This document shows, piece by piece, positions 18,876 through 27,831 of a stretch of 64,000 bases of DNA (its first letter is position 1; every line of letters starts with the position of its first letter). Below the pieces are notes generated by a model. It made no database searches. It was not told the origin of the DNA and worked only from the letters and a program-made list of their open reading frames with translations. The position numbers were made by a program, and so were the translations under genes. Source of the DNA: Candidatus Entotheonellaceae bacterium (lineage in GTDB: Bacteria > Tectomicrobia > Entotheonellia > Entotheonellales > Entotheonellaceae). Location: assembly GCA_965238075.1 (NCBI GenBank), contig OZ250173.1, positions 704,001 to 768,000 of the forward strand. The letters run 5' to 3'.

Positions 18876-19373
18876 ATGCGCAAGCTTACGTTCTGGCAGC
18901 GGCTTTACCTTCCTGAAATTCTTCGCGGCATGCTGGTCACAACGCGCCACTTCTGGATCAACGTGCTGCGGCAGCGCCACACGGTCACGCAGCAATACCC
19001 GGAAAAACCCACCTACGTGTCGGAGCGCTACCGTGGGCGCCACCGTCTGACGCGCAAGGAAGACGGCTCGCCCCGCTGCACCGCCTGTATGCTGTGCGCC
19101 ACTTCGTGTCCGGCCCTGTGCATCCATATCGTCGCCGCCGAGCACAGCGACCCGACGGTGGAAAAACACCCGGCTTCCTTCACTATCGACGAACTACGCT
19201 GCGTGTTTTGCGGCCTGTGCGTCGAGGCCTGTCCGTGTGACGCCATCCGCATGGATACCGGCATCTTCGCCCTGGCCGCCGAGAAGCGCGAGCATTTCAT
19301 CTATTCGCGCGAGTTGCTGCTGGGCGACGGCGTGCCCGAAAACATCGCCGAGGGCAAGGCACCCGCACATTAG
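18876..19373 (+). CDS. nuoI: NADH-quinone oxidoreductase subunit I
   Basis: TQQYPE..RYRGRH; two CxxCxxCxxxCP motifs. Confidence 0.93.
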   Translation: MRKLTFWQRLYLPEILRGMLVTTRHFWINVLRQRHTVTQQYPEKPTYVSERYRGRHRLTRKEDGSPRCTACMLCATSCPALCIHIVAAEHSDPTVEKHPASFTIDELRCVFCGLCVEACPCDAIRMDTGIFALAAEKREHFIYSRELLLGDGVPENIAEGKAPAH

Positions 19374-19400
19374 GCGGCTGCCCGCCGAGAGGAAAACCGC

Positions 19401-21452
19401 ATGGTGCCGACACGCGAGATATACGGCAACATCGTTGGCGGCGAATGGGTCTACGCTTTCATGGCGGTGTCCTTCGGCATTCTCGGCTGGGCCCTTTACC
19501 GACGCTATCGGCTGTGGATGCAGGGCCGTGCGGAAGACCGCCTGACGGACGTGTGGCGGCGCTGCAAGGCCATGCTGGTCTACGGCCTCGGGCAGAAAAA
19601 GACGCTGCGCGAATGGCCGGGGGTGCTGCATTTCTGCATGTACATCGGCTTCGTGGTGCTGTTCATCGGCACTCTCATGGTGGCGGTGCACGAAGACCTG
19701 GGCATCGAATTCCTGCACGGCCCCTTCTACCTCGTTTTTTCCCTCACCCTGGACCTGTTCGGCCTCCTGTGCCTGGTTGGCGTGGCCGGCCTCACCTGGC
19801 GGCGCTACGTCATCCAGCCCAGCGGCCTGGACAACCGCCGCGAAGACCTCATCGTGCTCGTGTGGTTCATCGCCGTGCTGCTCAGCGGTTTCGTGGTCGA
19901 GGGCGCCCGCATCGGCGGTACCGAGTTGCAACAGCACCCCGGCTGGGCGGTGTGGTCGCCGGTGGGTGCACTGATTGCCCTGGTGTTCACCGCTTTGGGT
20001 GTCAGCGAAAACCTCTTCCTCTTCTGGCACCGCGTATGGTGGTGGGCGCACATGGTCATCACCTTCGGGTTCCTGACCTACATCGGCTTTTCCAAGCTCA
20101 GCCACCTCGTCTTCTCCCCTGCCAACCTGTTTCTGCACAAATTCCGCGCCAACGGCGAATTGGCGCCCATCGCCAATCTGGACAAGGCGCTCGAAGGCGA
20201 CGAAGAAGCCATGGCGAGTGTGCGCTTCGGCGCCGCCAACCTGGCCGATTTCACCTGGAAGCAGCTCCTCGACCTGGACGCCTGCACCCGCTGCGGGCGC
20301 TGCCAGGACAACTGTCCGGCGTGGCTGAGCGGCAAGCCGTTGTCGCCGAAGTTCGTCATTCTGGACCTGCAGCGGCACATGAACGCCACGGCCGCCGCCG
20401 TCTTGCGCGGTGACGAACCCAACGGCGTGTCGATGATCGGTGACGTCATTTCGGAGGACGTATTGTGGTCCTGCACCACCTGCGGTGCCTGCGAGGAGAA
20501 CTGCCCGGTTGGCATTGAGCACGTGGACACCATCGTTGACATGCGCCGCAACCTGGTCCTCGAGCAGGGCCGCATGCCGGAGACCGCCGAGGCGGCGCTG
20601 CGCAGCCTGGAGCAGCGCGGGCACCCGTGGCGCGGCACCCAGGAAACCCGCACCAGTTGGACCGAGGGTCTCGACATTCCGTTCATCGCCGATCATCCCG
20701 ACGCCGAATACCTCTTCTGGGTCGGTTGCACCGGCGCCTTGGTCGAACGCAACGTCCAGGTCACCCAGGCACTGGCGACCATTCTCAAACGCGCCGAAGT
20801 CAGCTTCGCCATCCTCGGGCAGGACGAAACCTGCACGGGCGATCCGGCACGCCGCCTGGGCAACGAATACCTCTTTCAACTGCTGGCCCAGCAGAATATC
20901 GCCACCCTGCAAGCCCACAACGTGCGCAAGATCGTCACCCACTGTCCGCACTGCTTCAACACGTTGAAGAACGAGTACCCGCAGTTCGGCGGCCACTTCG
21001 AGGTCATGCACCACAGCCAGCTTATCGATCAGCTGCTCGCCGCCGGGCGCATCACCCCCACCCAGGCCAGCCGCGACAAGGTGACCTACCACGACGCCTG
21101 CTACCTCGGCAGGCACAATGGCGTGTTCGCCGCGCCGCGTCAGGCTCTGGACGCGATTCCCGGCTTGCAGACGCGGGAGATGGAGTGGAACCAACGGCGC
21201 GGGCTGTGCTGCGGCGCCGGCGGCGGTCACGCCTTCATGGAGGTCAACATCGGTCAGCGGGTGAACCACATCCGCACCGAGCAGGCCATCGAAACCGGCG
21301 CCGACGTGGTGGCCACCGGCTGCCCGTTCTGCATGCAGATGTTCGCCGACGGCGTCAAGGCCAAGGGCGTGGAGGACAGCCTGCGGGTGCAGGACATCGC
21401 CGAGATCGTCGCCGCATCGCTGCCGCCCGAGGCGGAGGAGACATCGTCATGA
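19401..21452 (+). CDS. FadF-like membrane Fe-S oxidoreductase (NarI-like TM + 2x[4Fe-4S] + two CCG domains)
   Basis: Several TM helices with His residues; CTRCGRCQDNCP; CTTCGACEENCP; YHDACYLGRHN; CCGAGGG; GCPFC. Confidence 0.9.
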   Translation: MVPTREIYGNIVGGEWVYAFMAVSFGILGWALYRRYRLWMQGRAEDRLTDVWRRCKAMLVYGLGQKKTLREWPGVLHFCMYIGFVVLFIGTLMVAVHEDLGIEFLHGPFYLVFSLTLDLFGLLCLVGVAGLTWRRYVIQPSGLDNRREDLIVLVWFIAVLLSGFVVEGARIGGTELQQHPGWAVWSPVGALIALVFTALGVSENLFLFWHRVWWWAHMVITFGFLTYIGFSKLSHLVFSPANLFLHKFRANGELAPIANLDKALEGDEEAMASVRFGAANLADFTWKQLLDLDACTRCGRCQDNCPAWLSGKPLSPKFVILDLQRHMNATAAAVLRGDEPNGVSMIGDVISEDVLWSCTTCGACEENCPVGIEHVDTIVDMRRNLVLEQGRMPETAEAALRSLEQRGHPWRGTQETRTSWTEGLDIPFIADHPDAEYLFWVGCTGALVERNVQVTQALATILKRAEVSFAILGQDETCTGDPARRLGNEYLFQLLAQQNIATLQAHNVRKIVTHCPHCFNTLKNEYPQFGGHFEVMHHSQLIDQLLAAGRITPTQASRDKVTYHDACYLGRHNGVFAAPRQALDAIPGLQTREMEWNQRRGLCCGAGGGHAFMEVNIGQRVNHIRTEQAIETGADVVATGCPFCMQMFADGVKAKGVEDSLRVQDIAEIVAASLPPEAEETSS

Positions 21453-22660
21453 CACCGCGCCCCATCTACCTCGACCACCACGCCACCACGCCGCTCGACG
21501 ACGCCGTGCTCGAGGCCATGATGCCGTACCTGACCGACAAGTTCGGCAACGCCTCCAGCCGCACCCACGCCTACGGCTGGGAGGCCGAGGAAGCCGTGCA
21601 CCAGGCGCGCGAGCAGGTGGCCTCTCTGATCAACGCCAGGCCGGAGGAAATCGTCTTCACCAGCGGCGCCACCGAGTCGGACAACCTGGCCCTGAAGGGC
21701 ATCGCCCGCGCCTACCAGGATCGGGGCAATCACATCATCACCACCACCACCGAGCACCGCGCCATCCTGGACGCCTGCCAGGCGCTCGAAGCCGAGGGTT
21801 TCGACGTGACCTACGTGCCGGTGGACCGCGGCGGCCTCGTGGATCCCGAGGACGTGCGCCGAGCCATCACGCCGCGCACCATCCTGATTTCGGTGATGTA
21901 CGTCAACGCCGAGATCGGCACCATCGCCCCCCTTGCCGACATCGGCGCCGTGGCGAGAGAGCACGGCGTGCTGTTTCACAGCGACGCGGTGCAGGGCGTC
22001 GGCAAAATCGCCTGCAACGTGGATGACCTGCGTGTCGATCTGATGTCCATTTCCGCCCATAAGATATACGGCCCGAAGGGCGTCGGTGCACTGTACGTGC
22101 GCAAGACGCACCCAGAGCGGATCCGCCTGCACCCGATGATTGACGGCGGCGGACAAGAACGCGGGTTGCGCTCCGGCACCGCCAACGTCCCCGGCATCGT
22201 CGGTTTCGGCAAGGCGTGCGAGGTGTGCCAGGCGCAATGGGAGCCCGAGGCCATCCGCCTGCGCGGCCTGCGGCATCGGCTGCACGAAGGACTGACGGCG
22301 CGCATCGACGACATTTATCTCAACGGCCACGCCGAACCCAGGCTGCCCGGCAACCTGAACGTCAGCTTCGCCTCCGTCCAGGGCGAATCGCTGCTGCTCA
22401 GCCTGCAGCACGTCGCGGCGCTGTCGGCGGGCTCGGCGTGCTCGTCCGGCTCGGACGAACCGTCTTACGTTCTGCGGGCCATCGGCATGGACGACATTCT
22501 CGCCAACGCCTCCATCCGCTTCGGCCTCGGGCGCTCCACGACGGCCGAGGAAATCGACATCGTAGTCGATGCATTGGTGGGAAAAGTGGCGCGGTTGCGC
22601 GCGCTGTCACCCATGAGCAAGGGGCAGCCATTCGGATCCGCGCCGGCTGCTAACCGCTGA
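21449..22660 (+). CDS. iscS: Cysteine desulfurase IscS
   Basis: YLDHHATTP, FTSGATESDN, SAHKIYGPKG, SAGSACSS. Confidence 0.93.
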   Translation: MTPRPIYLDHHATTPLDDAVLEAMMPYLTDKFGNASSRTHAYGWEAEEAVHQAREQVASLINARPEEIVFTSGATESDNLALKGIARAYQDRGNHIITTTTEHRAILDACQALEAEGFDVTYVPVDRGGLVDPEDVRRAITPRTILISVMYVNAEIGTIAPLADIGAVAREHGVLFHSDAVQGVGKIACNVDDLRVDLMSISAHKIYGPKGVGALYVRKTHPERIRLHPMIDGGGQERGLRSGTANVPGIVGFGKACEVCQAQWEPEAIRLRGLRHRLHEGLTARIDDIYLNGHAEPRLPGNLNVSFASVQGESLLLSLQHVAALSAGSACSSGSDEPSYVLRAIGMDDILANASIRFGLGRSTTAEEIDIVVDALVGKVARLRALSPMSKGQPFGSAPAANR

Positions 22661-22688
22661 TCATTTCATAAATTAGACGCCCGCGGTC

Positions 22689-23603
22689 ATGGCCGACATT
22701 TACCAACCTCACGACAGGCTTTTCCGAGCCGTTTTCTCCGACGCCGGCGAGGCCGCCAGCCTGTTGCAGGCAGCACTGCCCGACACCGTCCGCAACAGCT
22801 TCGATTGGAGGACCCTGACCTTGGTCGAGGGCACCTTCATCGACGAGGACCTACGCGAAAGCCAGTCCGACCTGCTCTACGAGGTACAGCACACCAGCAC
22901 CGGACAACCCGTGTCGATGTATATGCTCTTCGAGCACCAGTCGTCACCCGACCCGTGGATTCGCCTGCGGCTGCTGCGGTATTGCTGCCGCATCTGGGAA
23001 GGCGATCTGCGTGGCGGTCCAGACCGGCACGAGTTGCGGCCTATCGTGCCGGTGGTATTCTATCAGGGCGAGCGCGGTTGGAATTATTCGACGGAGTTTG
23101 CCGATCTGTTTCCCGAAGCCGCACGCTCCTGGCCGTGGGTACCGCGGTTCACCCACGAACTGATGGACCAGACGACCCTGGAACCCGAGACAGTCACCGG
23201 CGGCATCAAGGGCCGCATCGCCCAGTTGCTGATGATGGTCGCGTTCGGCCGCAACGTGGAAGCGGCACTGGACTGGGCGGCGCGCTGGGCTTTGTCACTG
23301 AGCCAGGCCGGCAGCGGGGTCGATGAACTCCGCCGATTCTTCGTGTACCTGATGGCGACACAGGAGTACGAGGTGATCGAGACGTTCAGGGAGGCGCTCA
23401 GACGCCATGGACTCGAGCGAGAAGGAGAGAGCATGACGTATGCGGAAGAACTCTTGGCGAAAGGGCGGACGGAAGCCCAAGTCGAAGTCGTGGAGGGTTT
23501 TTTGCGGGTCGGCGTGACGTGGGAGGTCATCGAGGCCGCCACCGGGCTGACCGAAGCCGGCTTCCAGGCGCTCAAGGCACAGTTATCAGAGTCTGATTCG
23601 TAG
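22689..23603 (+). CDS. Rpn/YhgA-like recombination-promoting nuclease (Transposase_31)
   Basis: PHDRLFR, SDLLY, LFEHQS, VVFYQG, MTYAEEL. Confidence 0.9.
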   Translation: MADIYQPHDRLFRAVFSDAGEAASLLQAALPDTVRNSFDWRTLTLVEGTFIDEDLRESQSDLLYEVQHTSTGQPVSMYMLFEHQSSPDPWIRLRLLRYCCRIWEGDLRGGPDRHELRPIVPVVFYQGERGWNYSTEFADLFPEAARSWPWVPRFTHELMDQTTLEPETVTGGIKGRIAQLLMMVAFGRNVEAALDWAARWALSLSQAGSGVDELRRFFVYLMATQEYEVIETFREALRRHGLEREGESMTYAEELLAKGRTEAQVEVVEGFLRVGVTWEVIEAATGLTEAGFQALKAQLSESDS

Positions 23604-23873
23604 GCTCTTCAGGATTTAGGCGTCGTCGTAAGGTTTGTACCTGAAATTACTCTAACGGCATTCATGCTACAGCGGCTTCCGGTTGCGGGCCGCGGCGACG
23701 CAGAATCCCTCACCCATGCTCCACTCAGGACCTGACGGCAGCCCTTTCAGACGGGATTCGCCCTACCGTTTTGAGGCAAGGTCTATGTCGTCATTAGGGG
23801 CGAGAATTGTGCGGTGGAGCGCCTACCGCCACCGCGCCAGTCGCCGACTCTACAAGTCGGGGAGAATGGGGGA

Positions 23874-24284
23874 GTGGAAACGGTTATTGTTTCGCTGCTA
23901 TCGGGTTTGGTCGGCGCAGTCCTTGCTTCGATCGGCACGCTCCTTGCGGTGTATCTCAATTCGCGGCTTGAGAAAAAACGCTACCGGCTACAGTGGAAGC
24001 GAGACGTTCTCGCCCGATCTGTCGGCTATCGGTACCTCCTTGTGCCTCCTTGGATATGGAGAAACAGCGGTGAGCCGTACATCGCTCTCAATGAAGCGTT
24101 TGTCGCATTTGACGATTCTCCACCCGTGATTGATGCCTTAGAAAAGTATCGTGTGGATCGAAACAACAACAATCTCGTGACCCTTTTCAAAGCGATGTTC
24201 AAATCGTCAGGTGTGCATTTCGATCACTTGAATGACGATTTTATCATCCATCCGCTCGGTCCCCCGACCCCGAAGGATGAATGA
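23874..24284 (+). CDS. N-terminally membrane-anchored hypothetical protein (DUF6680-like)
   Basis: TM helix, then KRDVL..R..ALNEAFVAF..V..LFKAM pattern; lower GC; start uncertain (23814 or 23874). Confidence 0.6.
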   Translation: METVIVSLLSGLVGAVLASIGTLLAVYLNSRLEKKRYRLQWKRDVLARSVGYRYLLVPPWIWRNSGEPYIALNEAFVAFDDSPPVIDALEKYRVDRNNNNLVTLFKAMFKSSGVHFDHLNDDFIIHPLGPPTPKDE

Positions 24285-24940
24285 GGCGACAAAGGGGCTT
24301 GGCGGAAGTTGGGAGATTAGGAAGAGTGACGAAGTTCGTCCTGCTGATGCTTGCTGTTGGGATTGGATCCATACTGTCGATACTGCCGCTATTCGTAGCA
24401 GTCATGCCGTCACCTTGGAGAGAAGTGGTCATCCTCGGGATAGTTGGGATAGCCCTCTCACTAGCGGCGGCCGTGATATCGAGGTGGGGAGAGAAGCGAA
24501 GAAAGGCAAAGGAGCTAAAACAACTTCAGATGGAGGCGGAGCGGCAGGCAGAAGAAGAAAGGAGATTGGAAGAGGCAAAGGTAGTGTGGTGGCAGGATGA
24601 AAAGACGAGACGGGAAGGGGAAGAGCGGGAACGAGGGAAGCTGAAGGAGATAACGGGGCAAAAGCAGGAGGAAAGGGGACCATGGTTATTCGACATCCAA
24701 CGCCCACGCCCCATCGACGAAAAGCACACTCTGTACGGCTGGCAAGAAGGCCGGTGCAACGGCTGTGGCGTGCTGTTTCACTTCCGCAACCTGACCCTAG
24801 ACCACATCACGCCGAGAACCAACGACGGCCCGGACCATATCGACAATTTGCAGTTGCTGTGTGGCACCTGCAATTCGCTCAAAGGCGCGGGAACGCATGA
24901 AGAATTGCTTGAGAAGCTACGTTCCCAGGGGGTTACCTAA
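24281..24940 (+). CDS. Two-TM, coiled-coil, HNH endonuclease fusion
   Basis: CNGC..LDHITP..GPDHIDNLQLLCGTCNSLKG; ATGA overlap with upstream gene. Confidence 0.85.
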   Translation: MRRQRGLAEVGRLGRVTKFVLLMLAVGIGSILSILPLFVAVMPSPWREVVILGIVGIALSLAAAVISRWGEKRRKAKELKQLQMEAERQAEEERRLEEAKVVWWQDEKTRREGEERERGKLKEITGQKQEERGPWLFDIQRPRPIDEKHTLYGWQEGRCNGCGVLFHFRNLTLDHITPRTNDGPDHIDNLQLLCGTCNSLKGAGTHEELLEKLRSQGVT

Positions 24941-25072
24941 TAGTCCAAATAGGACTTGTTAGAACGCCCCGGATTGGCCACAGACTGCCAGGCTGCCGGA
25001 TTGCCCCACACAGCCAACGTCGCGCCGCCGACAAGGCCGGGAGGTAGGGGTCTATTGTGGGAGGGAGGAATC

Positions 25073-25933
25073 ATGACTCAGGAAAACGACAGGCCTTTTT
25101 CAGAACGATGCGGATATGTGCGCAAAGCGATGCAAATTGAATCCATGGACGCAGCGCTTAAGAACGGCCTGTGGAATGCGTTTCTTCAGCATGTATGGGA
25201 TCGGTATCCGCTCGGCCGGAACACCCAATATATGGCGAGTTTCTGTGAGAATCTTTGGCAAGGGCACTTCAAAGAAAGGAGAGACGATTTCAACAAGTTC
25301 AAGAACCCCTACAGTCCCGAGCCTGGTTATAACTGGTATTTATGGCTGAATGCGTTTAGAAGCCGATTTGATGGAAGCGATTGGTATGAAGTTTATGACT
25401 TTCTCGAATTTGTAGGGATTCAGTGTCCCCGCATGAGTTCAGGCCCCTTCATGGAAGCGTGCAACGTAACGCTCGAACGCGAACGAGCCGCATACAGGTT
25501 TGTGGGTGGGCGCATTGCGCCCATTACAAACGACCTGGAGATTGAAACAATTGACTCTGCCATAGAGGAGAGAGAGGGGCCTGCTGTCCATATACGCAAT
25601 GCCTTGGAAAAGCTTTCCGACCGAAAGACACCTGATTACAGAAACTCAATCAAAGAGTCCATTTCTGCTGTTGAAAGTCAGGCTCGGATAACTATGAGGG
25701 ATGAAACAGCAACTTTAGGGGTACTTCTCACCAGCTTGCAAAGGGAGCGTGGGTTGCCTGCGCCACTTAAAAAAGCCTTTTCCACGCTCTATGGATATAC
25801 GTCAGGTCCAAGCGGAATACGGCACGGCCTTGTGTCTGAAGGAACGGAGGTGGGTTTCGACTTGGCCAAATTCATGCTGGTTGCTTGTTCTGCCTTCGTG
25901 AACTTTATTGCAGCCAGTGCAGAGGAAACCTGA
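25073..25933 (+). CDS. AbiJ-NTD4-like abortive-infection-related protein
   Basis: FSERCGY..MQIESMD..LKNGLWN; DYRNSIKESISAVE; LYGYTS..GIRHG; A.FMLVACSAFVN; lower GC. Confidence 0.75.
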   Translation: MTQENDRPFSERCGYVRKAMQIESMDAALKNGLWNAFLQHVWDRYPLGRNTQYMASFCENLWQGHFKERRDDFNKFKNPYSPEPGYNWYLWLNAFRSRFDGSDWYEVYDFLEFVGIQCPRMSSGPFMEACNVTLERERAAYRFVGGRIAPITNDLEIETIDSAIEEREGPAVHIRNALEKLSDRKTPDYRNSIKESISAVESQARITMRDETATLGVLLTSLQRERGLPAPLKKAFSTLYGYTSGPSGIRHGLVSEGTEVGFDLAKFMLVACSAFVNFIAASAEET

Positions 25934-26295
25934 TGCAACCCAACTGGCAGAACCGCACGATGTGGACAGGCGACAACCTGGACATCATGCGCGGCATGAA
26001 CGCCGAGTCCATTGATCTAATCTACCTCGCCCCGCCCTTCAACTCGAACCGCAACTACGCCGCGCCCATCGGCTCGGAAGCGGCCGGCGGCGCCTTCAAG
26101 GACACCTGCACGCTGAGCGACGTGGACGAAGCGTGGCACGGCAGGGGCATGAGGTCCTACCTCATCAGGATGTCCATGCGCCTCCTGGAGATGCGCCGCC
26201 TGCTTCAAGCCCATCGGCTCCCTCTACCTGCATTGAGACCCCACCGCCAGCCATTACCTCAAGATGCTAATGGATGCGGTGTTCGGGAAGGAAGG
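25933..26295 (+). pseudogene. N6/N4 DNA methyltransferase pseudogene
   Basis: GDNLDIMRG..IDLIYL-APPF (expected DPPF); apparent deletion; frameshift near 26205; GSLYLH*DPTASHYLK..DAVFG; truncated at thiD. Confidence 0.85.
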
Positions 26296-26306
26296 ATCAT
26301 AGCACC

Positions 26307-27104
26307 ATGGTAGCCACGGCCCTCACCATCGCCGGCTCGGATTCCGGCGGCGGCGCCGGTATCCAGGCCGACCTGAAGACCTTTGCGGCCCTCGGCGTGT
26401 ACGGCACCAGTGCCATCACGGCCATTACGGCGCAGAATACCTGCGGCGTTGACGCCGTGCAGGCCATTGATGCCGACGTCGTGGCGGCCCAGATTCGCAC
26501 CGTGGCGTCCGACATTCCCATCGGCGCCGCCAAGACCGGCATGCTGTTTTCAACCGATATAATTCGAGCAGTGGCTGCCGCCGTTCGGGCCGCCAACCTG
26601 CCGTTTCTGGTGGTGGACCCCGTGATGGTTGCCACCAGCGGCGACCGCCTGCTGCAGCCCGACGCCGAGGCCAGCTTGCAAAACGAGGTCATCCCCTTGG
26701 CCACCGTCGTGACCCCCAACTTGGCGGAGGCGGGGGTATTGACCGGTACCAAGGTGCATACGCTCGACGATATGCGCGCCGCCGCCGAGCATCTGGTTGC
26801 GCACGGCGCCGCCGCCGTGGTGGTGAAGGGCGGACACGCCATCACCAAGGCGACGGACGTGTTTTACGACGGCAACCGCATGGACTTGCTGGAGAGCGTG
26901 GTCGTTGACACCACGAGCACCCACGGCACCGGCTGCACCTTTTCCGCCGCCATTTGCGCCTATCTGGCGCGCGGCGCCACACTTCTGGAGGCCGTGCGCC
27001 GCGCCAAGGCCTATCTCACCGGCGCCCTGCAAAACGCCGATCCGATCGGGCAGGGCAACGGGCCGGTCGGGCATTTCTGGAACGTCACCCATGCCGCGGA
27101 TTAG
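26307..27104 (+). CDS. thiD: Hydroxymethylpyrimidine/phosphomethylpyrimidine kinase
   Basis: TIAGSDSGGGAGIQADLKTF, THGTGCT. Confidence 0.96.
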   Translation: MVATALTIAGSDSGGGAGIQADLKTFAALGVYGTSAITAITAQNTCGVDAVQAIDADVVAAQIRTVASDIPIGAAKTGMLFSTDIIRAVAAAVRAANLPFLVVDPVMVATSGDRLLQPDAEASLQNEVIPLATVVTPNLAEAGVLTGTKVHTLDDMRAAAEHLVAHGAAAVVVKGGHAITKATDVFYDGNRMDLLESVVVDTTSTHGTGCTFSAAICAYLARGATLLEAVRRAKAYLTGALQNADPIGQGNGPVGHFWNVTHAAD

Positions 27105-27126
27105 GACGCTCCGGGACGCCTTCCAT

Positions 27127-27831
27127 ATGACGCCGCATCCGCAGACACCGGGGCAGCCCCGCGTTACCCTCAGCAAGAAAGCCTCGGCACCGGCGCCCAC
27201 TCGCTTGGGCGTCCTGGGCGGCGCTTACAATCCCATCACCCTGGCGCACCTGGCTGTTGCCGAGGCCGCCATGACGCGTTTCAGCATCGACGAGGTGCTG
27301 TTTCTGCTGCCGCAGGTACCGCCGCACAAAACGATCTTCGGCGCCTCCCTGGAGCAGCGTCTGGAGATGATGCGATTGGCGGTCGAGGACGCCCCGTATG
27401 CCGCCGTGGGGCTCAGTTCCCACGGCCTGTTCGTTGACATGTACGAGGGTCTGCTGGCGGTCTACCCACAGCGCCCGCAGGTGTATTTTCTCACCGGTCG
27501 CGACGCCGCTGAACGCATCCTTGCCTGGCACTACGACGACGCCGAAGCAGCTCTGAAACGTATGTTCGAATCCTTTCAATTCATCGTCTGCTCGCGTCAA
27601 GGGGCTTTCAGCCTGCCGGACGACCCGCTTCTGACGCCGTACCGCGACCGCATCCACAGCTGCGAATTGCCGCCGCAGGCCGACGCGATTTCCGCCACCG
27701 AAGTGCGTGAGCGGTGCGAACGGGGTCTGCGCATCGACGACCTCGTGCCCGCCCCGGTGGCCGATTACATCGCGGCGCACAAGCTATATGCAGCCTCATC
27801 TTCCATGCAAGGTATCGACCCATGCACATAG
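27127..27831 (+). CDS. nadD: Nicotinate-nucleotide adenylyltransferase (divergent)
   Basis: GGAYNPITLAH, PPHK, ISATEVR, V..YI..HKLY. Confidence 0.75.
   Translation: MTPHPQTPGQPRVTLSKKASAPAPTRLGVLGGAYNPITLAHLAVAEAAMTRFSIDEVLFLLPQVPPHKTIFGASLEQRLEMMRLAVEDAPYAAVGLSSHGLFVDMYEGLLAVYPQRPQVYFLTGRDAAERILAWHYDDAEAALKRMFESFQFIVCSRQGAFSLPDDPLLTPYRDRIHSCELPPQADAISATEVRERCERGLRIDDLVPAPVADYIAAHKLYAASSSMQGIDPCT

Noticed and set aside
22689..23603. Rpn gene as an active IS element
   Set aside because: No terminal inverted repeats or target duplications seen, and Rpn/YhgA proteins are not established transposases
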